Origin: an uncultured Chitinophagaceae bacterium
GTDB taxonomy: Bacteria > Bacteroidota > Bacteroidia > Chitinophagales > LD1
DNA: 64,000 nucleotides
Reading direction: 5' to 3'
Assembly (NCBI GenBank): GCA_964537475.1
Contig: CAZIBY010000002.1
Span: forward strand, 209,331-273,330
Positions 1 to 9,191 of the stretch are shown one piece after another. How positions within the stretch are numbered: position 1 is the stretch's first letter; every line of letters starts with the position of its first letter. The notes below the pieces were generated by a model that made no database searches, was not told the DNA's origin, and was given only the letters and a program-made list of their open reading frames with translations. The position numbers were made by a program, and so were the translations under genes.

Positions 1-593
1 CGCTCACGATCATCTATTTTACCTTTCATGGTCCGGAGTGTGTACCCGGCGCCTGTGACAATCTATCAGGTATCATCATCGCCAAAAACGTCGTCTCGGC
101 TTTTGCCGATCCTGCGCATCGCGGGCAGTCTACACTACAGCATACGCGCCTACGCTTCCTGAGTTTTGGGTCAGAGGAGAAGGGCCTCCGTGGCTCTACT
201 GCTTATGTAGACGATTTCATAGACAAACTCCGCTCTGAGAATGCTCACCTGGTCAATATAGACAGCGTACGCCTGCCTGATTATATCACGCTGGTGACCG
301 GAGAGGTCATGAGCTTCGTGTCCTTCGACTCTTTTCTGATAGGCGAGACAAAAAAGGCATTTGAATCAAAGCACATATCCTACAAGACCGCCAATCTTCC
401 TATGGGCGGTACAGATGCTATTCCGTTTCAGCAGAATAATATACCATCTATGAGCATCATAGGCATGGATACTAAAAAACTGGACCCTACCTACCACACC
501 CGACTGGACGTGATAGAAAATGTAGATCAAAAAGCCCTGGACAATACCAGAGATGCCCTGATCGAGCTGGTAAAGCAATGGGATAAGATGTAA
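1..593 (+). CDS. M28-family metallopeptidase, C-terminal part (5' end is outside the window)
   Basis: The frame of the listed 294..593 ORF stays open back to nt 3. The translation contains SFGSEEKGLRGS and GGTDAIPF, motifs typical of M28 aminopeptidases. Confidence 0.7.
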   Translation, partial: LTIIYFTFHGPECVPGACDNLSGIIIAKNVVSAFADPAHRGQSTLQHTRLRFLSFGSEEKGLRGSTAYVDDFIDKLRSENAHLVNIDSVRLPDYITLVTGEVMSFVSFDSFLIGETKKAFESKHISYKTANLPMGGTDAIPFQQNNIPSMSIIGMDTKKLDPTYHTRLDVIENVDQKALDNTRDALIELVKQWDKM

Positions 594-630
594 GCAATTT
601 TGAGTAAATTAGTGGGAGAAAAATGGTGAT

Positions 631-861
631 ATGTCTACTGCAGAGCTAAAAGAAAAACTCATTGAGGAGCTTAATAAAATTGAGGACGAAGATTTTCTTA
701 ACGACGCCCTCGGGTTGTTTCGTGATAGAAACAAGGGAAGGTATGTCCTCAGTCCGGAGCAAGTAGCTATGGTAAAAGAGGCTCACGAGCAGTATGAGAG
801 AGGCGAATTTCTTAGTGAGGAAGAAGCTAACAGAGAGGCTGATCAATGGCTCGAGGATTAA
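631..861 (+). CDS. putative antitoxin of a type II TA pair
   Basis: 76-aa acidic, helical ORF directly upstream of a RelE/ParE-like ORF and overlapping it by 16 nt. The cassette looks more AT-rich than its flanks. Confidence 0.55.
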   Translation: MSTAELKEKLIEELNKIEDEDFLNDALGLFRDRNKGRYVLSPEQVAMVKEAHEQYERGEFLSEEEANREADQWLED

Positions 862-1133
862 AGTGGAGCCGTAATGCGCAACAACAAAGGAAAGACATCT
901 TTGATTATTGGAATAAGCATAATAAATCAAAGGCCTTTAGCAAAAAGTTAAATAGTCTCATTAAGGATGCTTTACAGCCGCTAAAAGAGCATCCCTACAC
1001 CGGGAGGAAAACGAGCATTGACAATAATTACCTGATCCGGGTCAGGCATTTCTTTCTGATTTATGCGGTGGTAGATGACCTTATTTTGATTATTGCTATC
1101 TGGGATGGCAGGCGAGATATTCCTCTACCCTAA
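846..1133 (+). CDS. RelE/ParE-family toxin
   Basis: 95 aa with family-typical layout: a basic N-terminus, 'HPYTGRK', and the C-terminal 'ILIIAIWDGRRD' pattern seen in ParE/RelE toxins. Confidence 0.7.
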   Translation: MARGLKWSRNAQQQRKDIFDYWNKHNKSKAFSKKLNSLIKDALQPLKEHPYTGRKTSIDNNYLIRVRHFFLIYAVVDDLILIIAIWDGRRDIPLP

Positions 1134-2446
1134 TCCTCTTTCTTCAGCGCCTTCTTGTATACCTCCAGGCAGCGCTTCCGCGCAAACTCATGCTCTATGA
1201 TCGGCTTTGGATACTGAGGAGTGCCGTATTCAGGAATCCATTTGCGCACATACTTTAGCTCAGCGTCAAATTTCTTTAACTGCAGCTCCGGGTTGAAAAC
1301 CCTGAAATAAGGTGCCGCGTCAGTACCGCATCCTGCTGCCCACTGCCAGCCACCATTATTGGCGGCCAGGTCAAAGTCCAGTAGCTTCTCTGCAAAATAG
1401 GCCTCTCCCCAGCGCCAGTCTATCAGCAGGTGCTTGGCCAGAAAGCTCGCCACGACCATTCGCACCCGGTTGTGCATATAGCCGGTCGCATTCAGCTCGC
1501 GCATGCCTGCATCTACGAGCGGGTATCCCGTATTCCCCTCACACCATGCTTTGAATTGCTTCTCATCATTTACCCACTGTATAAAGTCATATTCAGGTCG
1601 GAAGGCCTCCTTTGCCACTTGAGGAAAGTGCCACAATATCTGCTGGTAAAAATCCCGCCATATCAGCTCATTGACAAATGTCTGATTGTGCTGTAGGCCA
1701 TAGGCCAGTAGCTTGCGTATACTGAGCGTACCAAAGCGCAGGTGCAGGCCCAGGTGCGTGGTACCCTCTATAGCAGGATAGTCTCGTTGCTTGTCATACT
1801 TGTTTACGATATCCGCCTTGGCCACACGCGCCGGATAGTCGCAGTCTACTGGGTTGAAACCTATATCCGCCAGCGTAGGAAAATGCAGGTGCTTCGACAC
1901 TTTCATCAACCTTGAGAAGTACTTTTCCGTAGGATAGGCTTTGTAATAAAATGGCTTCAGCTTTTCTCTCCAGCGCCTGCTGTAGGGAGTGTAAACGGTA
2001 TAAGGGTTGCCGTCGGCTTTTACCACTTCCGACTTCGCAAAGATCACGTGATCCTTGTAGGTATTAAAAGGGACGTTATGCCCGAAGAGCATCTCCCCTA
2101 CCTTGCCATCTCTATCGCGTGCATACGGTTCATAGTCCTCATTGGTATGGACAGCTGTTATCTGGTATTCCTTCAGCAGCTCACGCCATATCTCGAGTGG
2201 TTTGCCTGTTTTTACCAGTAGATCTGAGCCGTGTTTATGCAGCTCTGCTGATATTTTTTGCAGCTCATCATAGATGAACTGTACCCGTTTGTCCCGCTTG
2301 TCATGCAGCTTGTCCAGGATATTTGTATCAAAAATAAAAAGGGGAAGTACCGCCTCTCCTTCCCTCAGCGCGTGGTATAGGGCCGCATTATCTCCCAGCC
2401 GCAGATCTCGGCGCATCCAGTATATCGTGATAGGCTTTTGGGTCAT
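1130..2446 (-). CDS. phr: deoxyribodipyrimidine photolyase / cryptochrome-DASH-like flavoprotein
   Basis: 438 aa with WMRRDLRLGDN at the N-terminus. The FAD-binding region carries TGYPLVDAGMRELNATGYMHNRVRM and NNGGWQWAAG. Confidence 0.9.
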   Translation of the reverse strand: MTQKPITIYWMRRDLRLGDNAALYHALREGEAVLPLFIFDTNILDKLHDKRDKRVQFIYDELQKISAELHKHGSDLLVKTGKPLEIWRELLKEYQITAVHTNEDYEPYARDRDGKVGEMLFGHNVPFNTYKDHVIFAKSEVVKADGNPYTVYTPYSRRWREKLKPFYYKAYPTEKYFSRLMKVSKHLHFPTLADIGFNPVDCDYPARVAKADIVNKYDKQRDYPAIEGTTHLGLHLRFGTLSIRKLLAYGLQHNQTFVNELIWRDFYQQILWHFPQVAKEAFRPEYDFIQWVNDEKQFKAWCEGNTGYPLVDAGMRELNATGYMHNRVRMVVASFLAKHLLIDWRWGEAYFAEKLLDFDLAANNGGWQWAAGCGTDAAPYFRVFNPELQLKKFDAELKYVRKWIPEYGTPQYPKPIIEHEFARKRCLEVYKKALKKED

Positions 2447-2459
2447 AGAGCAGTATTCA

Positions 2460-3308
2460 TTAGTGTTTTGCGGCTACTACCATTTGACGGATGCCCTGAT
2501 TGATCATAGCAAAGATGTCACGCGTCTGAGTATCAGAGTACACCACGCTACCCACCACCGCTACAGATTGGATGCCGCGTACCGCATTGGTCAGAAATAT
2601 CTCATCTGCTTCATCTATGTCATTCATCAGCACATCAGACTGTACTACATGGAAGGTCTGCTCAAGCTGGCCTATGACATAGCGGCGCATCACGCCATTC
2701 ACGCCTCCATTGGTCAGCGCAGGCGTCATGATCACATCGCCCTTTATCAGAAACACGTTTGACTGTATAGCCTCCGCCAATGTACCTTTGGTATTGAAGA
2801 GAAATGCTTCACTGGCACCCTTCTTTTCTACCAGCAGTGCCGAGAGAACGTATTGTATCTTACTCGTGGTTTTGAGGTTAGACAGCACACCTGTGTCTAC
2901 CCTGTATGGCGAGAAGGTCGCATTGATGGAACTCCATTCATACCTGCTATTGGATATCGGTGTGCACGTGATCAGCAGGTCGGTCGTGTTCATCTCAGGC
3001 TTGTATAGCCCTCCTCCAGCCCGCGTCAGCTGCATACGCAGCCGGGCATTTTCAGCCTTATTGCGCTGCAGCAGCTCTGTCACCGTACTCTTAAACCAGT
3101 CAAAATCCATATACTGCGGCAGCTCCATCATCAGTATCTCTGAGGAGTGGCGCAGCCGCTCATAGTGGTATGGCAGCAGTGGCACCACGCCATCAAAAGC
3201 CACCATGGACTCAAAGAGACCATCTCCATAGCGGAAAGCCCTGTTGTCTGCCTGTATCACAGGCAGTGTATCCTCTACATAGGTATTATTATAAAACGCT
3301 AGTGCCAT
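2460..3308 (-). CDS. class IV aminotransferase family protein (aminodeoxychorismate lyase / BCAT-like)
   Basis: 282 aa with 'FRYGDGLFES' near the N-terminus and a 'EIFLTNAVRGI' C-terminal motif, both typical of fold-type IV PLP enzymes. Confidence 0.75.
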   Translation of the reverse strand: MALAFYNNTYVEDTLPVIQADNRAFRYGDGLFESMVAFDGVVPLLPYHYERLRHSSEILMMELPQYMDFDWFKSTVTELLQRNKAENARLRMQLTRAGGGLYKPEMNTTDLLITCTPISNSRYEWSSINATFSPYRVDTGVLSNLKTTSKIQYVLSALLVEKKGASEAFLFNTKGTLAEAIQSNVFLIKGDVIMTPALTNGGVNGVMRRYVIGQLEQTFHVVQSDVLMNDIDEADEIFLTNAVRGIQSVAVVGSVVYSDTQTRDIFAMINQGIRQMVVAAKH

Positions 3309-4834
3309 TATAATTCATAAACGTAATATCCATTCTCTGCCAGGATCAAATGATGTGCCTGGCTATACCTGTCCGTATGGCAGATCATATGGGTCACTCC
3401 CTCGGCATGCAATTTTGCCAGGGCCGCCTCATCCAGGTGATCCAGGTGGTCATCAGCTTTCCACTGCATATTAAATCCACTCTTATCTACGTGATAGTCC
3501 AGGCCAAATACTTCCTGTATCCTGTCATACCATCTTTTCAGGTCCTTTTGGTTTTTAGCTATCGCCTTAAACTCGACGTATGAAGATCTCTGTGCATGAA
3601 ATTTTAGGGCAGACATCTCAAACGGCTGTATAAAAACAGCATCCTTGGGTGAAAGTTCCCGAAGTTTCTTGCAAAGTGCCACTTCATTGTCTATGTATTG
3701 CTTATATCCCAGGTCAAATCGGCCGGAAAACTGCCAATACACAATGAGTCCGGCTATGCCTACGGCGGCCACGCCCACAGCGCCATTGATCAGCCGTGAC
3801 TGTGTCAGGATCACAGGCCGTAGGTAATAATATATACCACCTATAGCCCCGACCACACCCAGATATTTGATCCATTGCCCCAGCTTGTACCATTGAAAGT
3901 TGGCTACAAAGACCACATGAAAGATATCTACACCCACGATATATACGAGCAGTCCCGCACAGCCGATAGTTATGAACTGCACGACGGTGAGCGACCGCGA
4001 ACGAAAGTAGATGACGCCTGCTGCCACATATAGTGCAAACAGCACCTTATTCACCAAAGGAAATGAACTGAATAAAAAGTGGTGCGGATGGCGGAATGCA
4101 AACATGATCTCAAATAGCTCATCCTGCGGCAACCCGCCTCCTCCTGCTGTCTTGGCACGGAAAATAAATAGCAGGTAAATACCAGCCGTGAAAAGATAAA
4201 TAAGGAAAAAGCGGATCACAGTGCTGAGAGGCACCTCTCTGCTCCATAGCCACTGGAGTACCATGACACCGCATAGTGCCGCCATGACATCAAAACCCTC
4301 AAGGACATGAAGAAATGTGGCCAGGGCCATGACCAGAGACGCCAGGAGATACCTCCGGTCCAGAAAGATATTGAGCGACCAGGCTATGACCATAGCGCCC
4401 ATATCGCTGGCCTGCACGCATGAGCTGTAGAGGTCTACATTGCCCAGTGCTTTATCATTGAGCACCAGCACCGATATAAATACTGCCAGCCAGGCCATAT
4501 ACCTGTTTTGTATGAAGCGGCCAGCCAGTTTGATCAGCGCCAGTAGCAGCAGCACAGTATTGAAAAGGTGTATGAGAAACATGGCGGGGCTCAAGTGCTC
4601 TGCAAACGGCAGGAGCAGATGGGCTACGATCGTGCGCTCATTGGGCTGAGAAGCATGCAGGCTCTGGATAAAAAGATCATGAGCATATAGGGAGTGGTCA
4701 TGCAGATATAGTACATAGGGCAGCAGCTCTACCTGATCATTGGTCCCAAAGGCATAGCCAAACCGCAATATCAACAGCCCCCAAAGGAGTACTGCAAAAA
4801 ACAGGTCTGAAAAACTAAGGCGATATGAGGTCAA
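3308..4834 (-). CDS. polytopic membrane protein with a C-terminal soluble domain, function unknown
   Basis: 508-aa ORF with many hydrophobic segments. It is TAATG-coupled to the downstream aminotransferase gene. Confidence 0.6.
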   Translation of the reverse strand: MTSYRLSFSDLFFAVLLWGLLILRFGYAFGTNDQVELLPYVLYLHDHSLYAHDLFIQSLHASQPNERTIVAHLLLPFAEHLSPAMFLIHLFNTVLLLLALIKLAGRFIQNRYMAWLAVFISVLVLNDKALGNVDLYSSCVQASDMGAMVIAWSLNIFLDRRYLLASLVMALATFLHVLEGFDVMAALCGVMVLQWLWSREVPLSTVIRFFLIYLFTAGIYLLFIFRAKTAGGGGLPQDELFEIMFAFRHPHHFLFSSFPLVNKVLFALYVAAGVIYFRSRSLTVVQFITIGCAGLLVYIVGVDIFHVVFVANFQWYKLGQWIKYLGVVGAIGGIYYYLRPVILTQSRLINGAVGVAAVGIAGLIVYWQFSGRFDLGYKQYIDNEVALCKKLRELSPKDAVFIQPFEMSALKFHAQRSSYVEFKAIAKNQKDLKRWYDRIQEVFGLDYHVDKSGFNMQWKADDHLDHLDEAALAKLHAEGVTHMICHTDRYSQAHHLILAENGYYVYEL

Positions 4835-4874
4835 GGCCGGCTTTTATATCTATGGCAATATAGAGAATAATCTC

Positions 4875-5378
4875 CTATGCCGTAGCCGGTGGTGCCTGCA
4901 GCCTCCACGCCTCAGGGGTACCCAGCTCAGGGCGGCCGTTGGCTTTGAGGTGATTAAAAAGTTGCATACGGTAGCTCGATAACCATTTGATGGGTCCCAT
5001 CATGATGGCCGCACCGAGTGGTAGCTTCTCCTTGTTTGGCATCTCGATCTCCCTGTGCAGCAGGTCATGCTCTGTGACACCATCCATATAGGTACGGATG
5101 ATCTGTATCTGCTCATCTATCCGCTCCGCAAAATTGCCTATGGTCAGCGTAGCGCGGTAAGCGTTGATCTTTTCCCACTCTTCTTTGGTCAGGTCATTGT
5201 CGATATACCAGCGCATCATGGTGCCGCCTACTCCGGAGAGGTAGCGCATCAGCTCCAGCGTACTGCGCGTTTTGTCTGTGAGGCGATAGTCCAGATCACT
5301 TTCTTGTATGATCGTGGCATGGCGCTTGAGCAGGAGCAGCTCCCGCTCCATATTCATATATAGGTGCTCTTTATACAT
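4875..5378 (-). CDS. DinB-like four-helix-bundle family protein (tentative)
   Basis: 167-aa ORF with size and helical pattern consistent with the DinB/YfiT-like family. The start codon is uncertain. Confidence 0.45.
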   Translation of the reverse strand: MYKEHLYMNMERELLLLKRHATIIQESDLDYRLTDKTRSTLELMRYLSGVGGTMMRWYIDNDLTKEEWEKINAYRATLTIGNFAERIDEQIQIIRTYMDGVTEHDLLHREIEMPNKEKLPLGAAIMMGPIKWLSSYRMQLFNHLKANGRPELGTPEAWRLQAPPATA

Positions 5379-5389
5379 AGTGAGACTGT

Positions 5390-6046
5390 TTAGAAGGTCA
5401 TTTCTCTGACATCAGGAGATACTACCAGTTTGCCGGCGGTCTTAGACTTCACTTCTTCTACTGTCACACCCGGTGCCAGCTCCAGCAGGTGAAAGGCTCC
5501 ATCCTTGATCTCAAAGAAACCAAGATCCGTGCAAACTTTTTTGATACAGCCTTTGCCTGTCAGAGGTAGTTCGCATTTGGGTAGTAGCTTGGATTCACCT
5601 TCCTTATTGGTATGCATCATGGCCACTACTATATTATCTGTAGAGGCTACCAGGTCCATGGCGCCGCCCATACCTTTTACCATCTTGCCGGGTATCTTCC
5701 AGTTGGCTATATCGCCATTCTCTGATACCTCCATGGCACCTAGTATCGTGAGCTGTATATGTCCCCCACGTATCATACCAAAGCTATCTGAAGAAGAGAA
5801 TATAGATGATCCGGGCAGCGTCGTAATGGTCTGTTTGCCGGCATTGATATAGTCAGCATCTACCTCTGCCTCCAGCGGGAATGGCCCCATGCCCAGCAGT
5901 CCGTTCTCAGACTGCAGTTCTACGTTTACCCCTGCGGGTATGTAGTTGGCTACCAGGGTGGGGATGCCGATGCCTAGATTGACATAATAGCCATCGCGCA
6001 GCTCGCGGGCTATACGTTTAGCTATCTGAAATTTATCGAGGGCCAT
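5390..6046 (-). CDS. 3-oxoacid CoA-transferase subunit B
   Basis: 218 aa containing 'SENGLLGMGP' (catalytic Glu motif) and 'GMGGAMDL'. Confidence 0.9.
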   Translation of the reverse strand: MALDKFQIAKRIARELRDGYYVNLGIGIPTLVANYIPAGVNVELQSENGLLGMGPFPLEAEVDADYINAGKQTITTLPGSSIFSSSDSFGMIRGGHIQLTILGAMEVSENGDIANWKIPGKMVKGMGGAMDLVASTDNIVVAMMHTNKEGESKLLPKCELPLTGKGCIKKVCTDLGFFEIKDGAFHLLELAPGVTVEEVKSKTAGKLVVSPDVREMTF

Positions 6047-6069
6047 AGAGGGTCAGAGGGTTTAGTAGG

Positions 6070-6432
6070 TCAGAAAAACACGAAGCGCGACTGCAGATAC
6101 TGCTCCAGAAAGATCACCTCAGAGCGCAATACCTGCAGCAGCTCACGGATCACGTGTGATATCTTTTCAAATGGCTTTGACGCAGCACGCCAGGCCAGGC
6201 TATCCATGGTAGCATCGGCTTCCTCTATGATCTCCAGTACGAGGCTGGTAGCCTTCTTCAGGTTGAGGCGCTCTACGGCGTGTATCACATCAAAGAAGCG
6301 TGTACTCATGCGTGAGACAAACTTCTCCAGGAGCTTCTTCATCTGCTTGTCATATACCATGAGCAGCATTTCGCCAAATTTACCTTGCAGTGTGATCAGG
6401 TTCCGATTGATGTCTACGAGTACTTTTTGCAT
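6070..6432 (-). CDS. hypothetical helical protein between the CoA-transferase subunit genes
   Basis: ORF 6070..6486. The internal Met at 6432 (MQKVLVD...) avoids running into the subunit A stop region. No motif recognised. Confidence 0.4.
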   Translation of the reverse strand: MQKVLVDINRNLITLQGKFGEMLLMVYDKQMKKLLEKFVSRMSTRFFDVIHAVERLNLKKATSLVLEIIEEADATMDSLAWRAASKPFEKISHVIRELLQVLRSEVIFLEQYLQSRFVFF

Positions 6433-6536
6433 ACAGTTTTTGATTTTGACCGGGCTTAGCCATTTTGAGGTTCGTACAAATAACATATTGTTGCCCTTTA
6501 GTTTATACTACTTATTCTCTAGTGATTGTACGGTTA

Positions 6537-7238
6537 TTATGCTTTGCGGGTTGTCCTTTGTTCTATTCTTTTTTCATACGCTGCTCCCTGGAATATCCGC
6601 TGGACAAAAACACCCGGCGTGTGGATCTGATTGGGGTCCAGCTCTCCCGGCTCTACCAGCTCCTCTACCTCTGCTATGGTGATCCTGCCTGCAGTAGCCA
6701 TCATCGGATTAAAGTTGCGGGCAGTACCACGGAATACCAGGTTGCCGGTCTTATCGCCTTTCCAGGCCTTGACTATGGCAAAGTCAGCCTTTAGCCAGCT
6801 TTCCATAATGTACCATTTGCCGTTTTCAAACTGGCGGGCCTCCTTACCTTCTGCTACTTCTGTGCCATATCCCGTAGGGGTGAAAAAAGCGGGTATGCCC
6901 GCCCCGCCGGCGCGGATGCGCTCTGCGAGGGTACCCTGGGGAACCAGCTCTACCTCCAGCTCTCCTGAGAGAAGCTGGCGCTCAAACTCCGCATTCTCAC
7001 CTACATAGCTGGAGATCATCTTGCGTACCTGGCGCGTCTTGAGCATCAGCCCGATACCAAAGTCATCCACACCTGCATTATTAGAGATACAGGTCAGGTC
7101 TTTGACCCCTTTGCGGATCAGGGCTGAGATCGTATTCTCCGGTATGCCACAGAGGCCAAAGCCTCCCAGCATCAGCACCGCCCCATCAGTGATATCATGG
7201 ATGGCCTCATCAGGGCCAGACACTACTTTGCTTATCAT
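6537..7238 (-). CDS. 3-oxoacid CoA-transferase subunit A
   Basis: From Met49 of the listed ORF ([13 protein letters not shown]...). It contains '[10 protein letters not shown]' and '[25 protein letters not shown]'. The 233-aa length fits the family. Confidence 0.9.
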   Translation of the reverse strand: MISKVVSGPDEAIHDITDGAVLMLGGFGLCGIPENTISALIRKGVKDLTCISNNAGVDDFGIGLMLKTRQVRKMISSYVGENAEFERQLLSGELEVELVPQGTLAERIRAGGAGIPAFFTPTGYGTEVAEGKEARQFENGKWYIMESWLKADFAIVKAWKGDKTGNLVFRGTARNFNPMMATAGRITIAEVEELVEPGELDPNQIHTPGVFVQRIFQGAAYEKRIEQRTTRKA

Positions 7239-7414
7239 TAAACAAACTTTACAAGATTTACCGATAAATGCAAGGGCTTTATCCACAAGATGAGGCCATA
7301 TCTGCCTAAGTGTATAGTGGAGAGGCTGGCCTTGACACACGCTATTGATTTGCAGCGCTCTAAATGGTAAAGGCCGGATCATGTCCAGCCTTTACTCATA
7401 TGCTTTTATGAAAT

Positions 7415-8320
7415 TTAGTAAGGTTTAGGAGTCAGGAAGAAGTGCATCCCCAGCTGCAGGCCCAGGTAAAAATTCCTTGACTTCTGATAGTCTACGTCAT
7501 TTTTTGAAAACCAGCCCAGATCTTTCAGCGCAGCGCCGTTGAGGTCAGTCAGGCCGATATAGGTATTGAGTCCCAGACTAAAGTACATCCAGTCCTTGGC
7601 ATATACATCTACGCCAGGCTTCAGGCTCAGGCCTACATCTACTTTCTGAAACTTCTGGTCTGCAGGTATACGGTCCCCATTCAGGCCATCCCACTCGTGG
7701 TGATTTACCTCCACATATTCTGAGGCAAAAGTGCGGTAGTTAAACTGCGGTCCGAGCATGAGGTAAAAATTGGCAACATCGCCTACATGCGTCTGAAACT
7801 TGGCGTAGATAGGAAAGTTGATATAGTTGAACTTGATCACGCGGCGCACATTCACATAGCTGTAGTCATCGCGAAAGTAAAAGTCAGCATTGGGTACATT
7901 GACATAGTCGGGTTTGAAGGTCTTGGTAGGCTTGTCATAGACTGCCGCTACCGGACCGCTAAAGGCATCATCATATATCTGCCCTCCCCATGAGAAGGAC
8001 GGCTCAAACTCTACCCCCCATTTGTTTTTAAAGTTATAGCCAAAGTTAGCACCTACATTTCCGCCGGGAGTGAAGACATAGTTCATCTCAGACTGGCGCA
8101 CGATAGGTACATAAAAGAGGTCGAGTGTATTGTAGTTGTTCTGATTGAGGATCCAGGAGTTATTGAATGAACCGCTGACACCCATGTAAAAGCCCTTACG
8201 GAGCATGCCGTCATAGGTGTACTTCCTCATCTTGGAGCGGGCTGAGGCCGTCATAGCCAGAAAAGTAGCGATAACTACAAGGGTAAGTTTAATTTTACTC
8301 ATGGTTTGGGTTACATTCAC
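7415..8320 (-). CDS. outer-membrane beta-barrel (porin-family) protein
   Basis: Signal peptide (MSKIKLTLVVIATFLAMTASA), alternating aromatic/Gly beta-strand pattern, and a C-terminal aromatic residue. An alternative start lies at 8302. Confidence 0.65.
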   Translation of the reverse strand: MNVTQTMSKIKLTLVVIATFLAMTASARSKMRKYTYDGMLRKGFYMGVSGSFNNSWILNQNNYNTLDLFYVPIVRQSEMNYVFTPGGNVGANFGYNFKNKWGVEFEPSFSWGGQIYDDAFSGPVAAVYDKPTKTFKPDYVNVPNADFYFRDDYSYVNVRRVIKFNYINFPIYAKFQTHVGDVANFYLMLGPQFNYRTFASEYVEVNHHEWDGLNGDRIPADQKFQKVDVGLSLKPGVDVYAKDWMYFSLGLNTYIGLTDLNGAALKDLGWFSKNDVDYQKSRNFYLGLQLGMHFFLTPKPY

Positions 8321-8350
8321 TTTGAATCAAGGTACTGTAGGGCCGTTATT

Positions 8351-9130
8351 ATGACTAATACGATACATCGGGTTAAAGAGTTTCTAAAATATCAACGCCT
8401 GGCCAAGACCAAGTATTACCTCCATTCACCATTTGTGTACCAGTTTTTCCTGAAAGTGCTCGACACAGTACACGCCGCAGAATTACAAAATATCAACAAG
8501 CTCCGCAATCAACTTCTTAACACACATAGCACTCTACTGATCGAAGATATGGGCAGTGCGCCGGGGCACAAAGAAAGACTTGTATCCAGCCTGGCTGCAA
8601 AGGCCACAGTACCAACGCGCTACGGAAATGTTCTCTACGGTATCACCCGAGAGTTTCAGCCGGAGCATATCATCGAGCTTGGCACCTGTCTGGGCCTCGG
8701 CACAGCCTATCTCGCTACCGGTGCGCCCCGCTCTACCCTTATGACGATAGAAGGCAGCGCCGCGCTGGCAGCAGAGGCTGTTAAAAATCTGGACGAACTG
8801 GGGATAACTAACGTGACCTCAATTGTGGGCAACTTTGATGAAAAACTGCCCGAGCTCCTGAAAACGGTGACTAAAGTGGATCTGGCCTATATAGATGGCA
8901 ATCACCGCTACGAGCCGACCATACGCTACTTTCACCAGCTGATGGAGAAATCTCATGAAGGTACGATCCTGATTTTTGATGACATCTACTGGAGCACAGA
9001 GATGACACAAGCCTGGGAGGAGATCAAGCGCGATCCGCGTATCACCCTGACCATAGATATCTACCGATTTGGTATCGCCTTTCTCCGTCAGGACAAGATG
9101 GCCAAAGAAGACTTCATACTGCGCCATTGA
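8351..9130 (+). CDS. class I SAM-dependent (O-)methyltransferase
   Basis: ATG at 8351 (MTNTIHRV...). Carries an 'IIELGTCLGLGTAYLA' SAM-binding glycine motif and 'LAYIDGNH'. Confidence 0.75.
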   Translation: MTNTIHRVKEFLKYQRLAKTKYYLHSPFVYQFFLKVLDTVHAAELQNINKLRNQLLNTHSTLLIEDMGSAPGHKERLVSSLAAKATVPTRYGNVLYGITREFQPEHIIELGTCLGLGTAYLATGAPRSTLMTIEGSAALAAEAVKNLDELGITNVTSIVGNFDEKLPELLKTVTKVDLAYIDGNHRYEPTIRYFHQLMEKSHEGTILIFDDIYWSTEMTQAWEEIKRDPRITLTIDIYRFGIAFLRQDKMAKEDFILRH

Positions 9131-9141
9131 TATAAATAAGA

Positions 9142-9167
9142 AACGCCCGATGCAAGCATCAGGCGTT
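9142..9167. terminator. bidirectional hairpin between the convergent methyltransferase gene and clpB
   Basis: aacgcccgatgc-aa-gcatcaggcgtt forms a 12-bp stem with one mismatch. Confidence 0.5.
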
Positions 9168-9191
9168 CTCTATCTCAAAAATTAACCATTC

